DNA of 64,000 nucleotides from Candidatus Multivorans sp. (GTDB lineage Bacteria; Acidobacteriota; Thermoanaerobaculia; Multivoradales; Multivoraceae): NCBI GenBank assembly GCA_965224025.1, contig OZ245033.1, positions 3,360,001 to 3,424,000 of the forward strand, read 5' to 3'. Shown piece by piece: positions 61,401 to 64,000 of this stretch (position 1 is its first letter; each line of letters starts with the position of its first letter). The notes under the pieces were generated by a model. It saw only the letters and a program-made list of their open reading frames with translations, ran no database searches and was not told where the DNA came from. The position numbers and the translations under genes were made by a program.

Positions 61401-61913
61401 CTGGCGCACACGGCGGGCGAGTTTTCGACCTACAGCAGGATTCCCCTGGCCCGATTGGCGCCCGGGGACCTGGCCGCGGCGGTTCGCGATGTGGTGGACG
61501 GCTATCGCCACCCGCCGCCGGACGGCGTCAACGTGGTTTTCGAGTCGGAAGTGGACGCGCAGGCGGCGCGGTCTTCCTTCGATCGGCGCCTAGTGCAGCG
61601 TGCGGTTCGCAACCTGCTCGAGAACGCCCTCCGCGCAAGCGAAAGCGGAGGCGAGGTTCGGGTCACGGTGGCGCCGGCCGACGCCGGCGGCGCCCTCGGC
61701 GTCACCGTGCATGACAGGGGCCGGGGGGTCTCGGACGCCGACCTGGAACGCATCTTCGAGCCCTACTTCTCGACCTCGAGCGGCGGTACGGGCCTGGGCC
61801 TTCCGATCGCCCGGCGCATCGTGGAGGAACACGGCGGCACGATCACGGCCGTGAGGAGAGCCGAGGGAGGACTCTCGGTGCGAATCGTCCTGCCCGTCGA
61901 TCAGGCTGGCTAG
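58479..61913 (+). CDS. Large membrane sensor histidine kinase (NtrY-like HAMP-HisKA-HATPase)
   Basis: AWAEMARLIAHEVKNPLTPI, NLLENA, DRGRG, FEPYFST, GTGLGL. Confidence 0.9.
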   Translation: MAASADERGGGTAELRIIFGLFALAAILLAVERWPRSDEPPLPTRGQTAAMETAYQELLLDLLADAERAAEGVRRTGTLPLDSAEARQSVFEELDRASREGGRTLVLVDPDGLARAWGGSGLRHDLPLDRLLPGGINQTAGFTAVSLYAAVDMSTGEGGWRLVVGSSFPTDTLPVRTPFGLRRHGVRWSVRDHSAEPLAPALEANGIRELAPPDGVPGPWLRLRFEPASERKPRAAGSLALAALALGVGLSLVWAFRRWTSGAPKRPRAAAAALGLIGICSAVGYGLYRWRIWAVDAAGAPADLGVSFGGPVGHWVVLLTSWVLLAGTALWAAGWPDGRDWMHVLLTAAAAAVGVGLLAEATHTPALRALLAEGVRGGLDAPSPGEVAALAARTSSFVAASDLRDLALGDPNELDDHQDLALELWRRSPLAASETFSALAVIREDEISIFSYGLPVDAATGDLAVESARWPRGDLPVWQQQRSASGEVTAVSAGQDWGAVRYWTVAFPRLDVWSSVTSGTGAELELRLLRGGPGRSRSGSNPPGKALIAYVDGAGRPLVSRWQEDWLLPAPSEAVDPRRAMRVETPAGPALAWFNPSTLEGLWVVALLPEQAVAERLWRIATVAARLVLAVSAVAFAVLLIGLPTAKLRGSLLPDVRRYSVRLTAVLALIAIVPLTLLNGLLFRNLGARMQAEQEVAGRTALVSLEYVLTDFLLGLEAGFSMDAQLDHELLAWLAEVVGHEVNLYWRGGVYASSKPDLFTAGLMPKRIPGNVYGRLALLGHPTAARVQTAGRGASYLELYTPVSLGEERPGQSGLFVSVPLLAQQEAATRELAALRRQALVITTALVLLLVTVGARLARGFTRPLMRMIDGAGRIAGGAASLGFEPQETELKTLAGAIDGMAARIAANRAREEAAQRLEAWAEMARLIAHEVKNPLTPIRLSTEHLRQVWRDAPERLEEIFERCTDNILVQVDELAHTAGEFSTYSRIPLARLAPGDLAAAVRDVVDGYRHPPPDGVNVVFESEVDAQAARSSFDRRLVQRAVRNLLENALRASESGGEVRVTVAPADAGGALGVTVHDRGRGVSDADLERIFEPYFSTSSGGTGLGLPIARRIVEEHGGTITAVRRAEGGLSVRIVLPVDQAG

Positions 61914-61915
61914 CG

Positions 61916-63496
61916 CTAGTCGTCGCGCAGCGGCGGTTCCAACTGAATCGTCTGGGTGGGGAAGGCGATCCGGACGCCGAGACGGTCCGCGAGGCGCAGG
62001 ATGTCCAAGGCCAGATCGTGGCGGCGCCGCAGCTCGGTGCTCCAGTCCGGCGCCAGGAAGAAGACGTAGAGCATGATCTCGAGGGCGTGGGGGCCGAACT
62101 CGTTCAGGTGGATCTCGAACGCGTCCTGCCGCATCGATTCGTTGTCGCGCACGAGCTGCCGGATGCCCTCGCAGAACGCATCGACGCTGGCCGGCGGCGT
62201 GTCGTAGGTGATCTGGATACGGGTGCTCCAGCGCCGGAAGCGTCTGGCGCCGTAGTTGTCGACCGAGGCGTCGATCAGGCGGGCGTTGGGCAGGGTGATC
62301 AGGGAGGCGTAAAACGTGCGGACGCGGGTGCTCCGGAAGCCGACCTCTTCGACCACCCCCTCGACATCGCCGATCTTGATCCAGTCGCCGACCCGGAACG
62401 GCCGGTCGAGGAGCACCGTGATCGAGCCGAAGAGGTTCTTCAGCAGGTCCTGCGCCGCGAGCGCTATCGCCAACCCACTCAGGCCCAGGCCGGCGAGGAG
62501 CGCGGTCACGTCTCCGCCCAGCCGGGCGATCAGGAACACGGCGCCGAAGATGGCGGCTGCCAGCTTCAGGGTCTTCGTGACGAACGGAACCAACTGGTCC
62601 TGGAACCGATTCTCGCTCCTGGCGGCGCGGGCCCGCAGCGCCGTCCCCAGAAGGTCGATCTGGGCGAAAGCGGCCCGGCCCAAGGCGAGCAGCAGAAGCA
62701 CGAGGAGAGTCGTATCGAGCCAGGCGTCGACCTGTGGCGGCAGACCCAACCACTGGATTCCCAGCCACCACGCCGCGGCCAGACCCAGCAGTCCGGTTGG
62801 CCGCAGAATGCGGCGCGCTCCAGACAGGTCGAGGTTCTCGTAGCGGCCGCTCAGAGGTTTCGCGAGCAGGCCGTAGGCGGTCCAGACGACGATCCGGTCG
62901 ATCAGGAGACCGAGCAGGAGCAGGAGCGGCAGGGCCAACCACTGCCAAGGGTAGAGGATGAAGCCGCCGCTCTTGAGGGACTCCGGGATACGGTCCCGAA
63001 GCCACATGGCGGCGGTGACCGGCGCTTCCTCGACGCCTTCGACCACGGTGCGTTCACGCACTTCCTGGTACAGGGCCCCAATTGCGGCGACCGTTGCCCG
63101 GTTGAACAGCCAGCGGCCGTCGCCGTCCGGCGCCAGGACGATCGGCGCCGACAGTTCGTCGCTGAACACCCAACGTTCGAGGTCGCCGTCTACCGGGATG
63201 GCGTCGAACTTCACGAGCTCGAGCCGGTCGATCACGTGCTTGAGTTCGTTCGCCAGGTTCCGGCCCTGCCGGGCGCGGACGGGGAAGGGAAGGTCGCCGA
63301 GGTCCAGGCAGGCTGCCGCGGCATCCAGATCCGGGCGGCCGTCCTCGGTTGCGAACGCCTCGAGGAAGACGCGCATCGTCTCGCGCGGACTCTCAAGCGG
63401 CGCGTCGGCGGCGGGCTGCGCGAACGCGAACCAGGCCGCCGCCAGCAGCGCGCCGGCGGCGACCAGGGAGATCCTGCGGAGGAAGGAGACGTTCAT
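61916..63496 (-). CDS. MscS family mechanosensitive channel with periplasmic N-domain
   Basis: LAGLGLSGLAIALAAQD..KNLFG...DRPFRVGDWI..G.VEG.VEEVGFRSTR, IAFPTQT. Confidence 0.93.
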   Translation of the reverse strand: MNVSFLRRISLVAAGALLAAAWFAFAQPAADAPLESPRETMRVFLEAFATEDGRPDLDAAAACLDLGDLPFPVRARQGRNLANELKHVIDRLELVKFDAIPVDGDLERWVFSDELSAPIVLAPDGDGRWLFNRATVAAIGALYQEVRERTVVEGVEEAPVTAAMWLRDRIPESLKSGGFILYPWQWLALPLLLLLGLLIDRIVVWTAYGLLAKPLSGRYENLDLSGARRILRPTGLLGLAAAWWLGIQWLGLPPQVDAWLDTTLLVLLLLALGRAAFAQIDLLGTALRARAARSENRFQDQLVPFVTKTLKLAAAIFGAVFLIARLGGDVTALLAGLGLSGLAIALAAQDLLKNLFGSITVLLDRPFRVGDWIKIGDVEGVVEEVGFRSTRVRTFYASLITLPNARLIDASVDNYGARRFRRWSTRIQITYDTPPASVDAFCEGIRQLVRDNESMRQDAFEIHLNEFGPHALEIMLYVFFLAPDWSTELRRRHDLALDILRLADRLGVRIAFPTQTIQLEPPLRDD

Positions 63497-63575
63497 GACC
63501 GGGGGCCACTCTTCCAATCCGGGGAGGAACGGTCAAGGGGCGAGCGCCGCGGGACTACGGAAATGGGCTGGTAGC

Positions 63576-64000
63576 GTGACCGCGATGCGCGGTTGCTGCC
63601 TGGCTCTCACCCTCACCCTCACCCTCTCCCTTTGCCCGACGGCCGGGTGCACGCCGGCGGGGTCGAGCGGTTCGGTGACCGAGGGAACCGGTACGCAACC
63701 GGTGCGGGCGCCCGAGCGCTGGTGGATCGAAGTGCTGGACCGGCGTCCGCACGACCTCAAGGCCTACACGCAGGGACTGCTCTGGCGCGAAGGCGTGGTC
63801 TATGAGAGCACCGGCTCGTACGGCGCCTCCAGCCTGCGCGCATGGCGCTGGAGCGACGGCGAAGAGCTGGCCCGGGTGGACCTGGACCAAAGACTGTTCG
63901 GAGAGGGGATTGCCCTCGTACCGGATGCCGGCGACCGGCTCGTTCAACTGACCTGGCGGCGGGGCGAGGCGCTCGTCTGGTCGCTCGACCCACTGCGGGA
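63576..64000 (+). CDS. Glutaminyl-peptide cyclotransferase (plant/bacterial beta-propeller type), lipoprotein-like, runs off the window
   Basis: Not in the ORF track. Manual translation gives MRGCCLALTLTLTLSLCPTAGC...RPHDLKAYTQGLLWREGVVYESTGSYGASSLR...LFGEGIAL...QLTWRRG. Confidence 0.9.
   Translation, partial: MTAMRGCCLALTLTLTLSLCPTAGCTPAGSSGSVTEGTGTQPVRAPERWWIEVLDRRPHDLKAYTQGLLWREGVVYESTGSYGASSLRAWRWSDGEELARVDLDQRLFGEGIALVPDAGDRLVQLTWRRGEALVWSLDPLR

Noticed and set aside
63605-63628. (CTCACC)n repeat in the QC signal peptide, and (GTCAGG)n at about 12538-12561
   Set aside because: In-frame hexamer slippage encoding LT repeats; it cannot switch the frame, so it is not a phase-variation signal.

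Overview
Bacterial chromosomal DNA with high GC content. The gene order (prs-rplY-pth ... rpsF-rpsR-rplI, scpAB-rluB-cmk, TPR-lipoprotein-ispE-tRNA-Gln) and IS content suggest Acidobacteriota; this is an inference. Most of the window is housekeeping: asnS, rnc, TRAP transporter, trxB, pssA/psd, tsaB, mutS, ssb, dtd, HU, ispE, tRNA-Gln, prs, rplY, pth, hppA, rpsF/rpsR/rplI, PBP1A, uvrB/uvrC, rnpB, recG, scpAB, rluB, cmk, a sensor kinase, MscS and glutaminyl cyclase. A partial aryl-polyene-type type II FAS/PKS cluster sits at the left edge. Two IS-rich accessory islands hold the most interesting signals. (1) At about 6.8-11.2 kb, a stand-alone lipoprotein-type C39 peptidase is paired with a 100-aa precursor that has both a signal peptide and an internal double-glycine-type leader motif. 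The pair lies between two decayed copies of a PPOX-family gene that carry twin-hairpin micro-insertions. (2) At about 45.1-50.5 kb, two unannotated cassettes each encode a secreted, Cys-bracketed hydrophobic-hairpin protein followed by a tiny membrane peptide with a basic tail. The first protein has a TonB-box-like motif right after its signal peptide, and its gene has a near-consensus promoter and an RBS-sequestering hairpin. These look like a polymorphic bacteriocin/immunity system. A structured 70-80 bp REP-like repeat occurs four times. No CRISPR array was seen. All family assignments come from motif recognition by eye; no searches were run.
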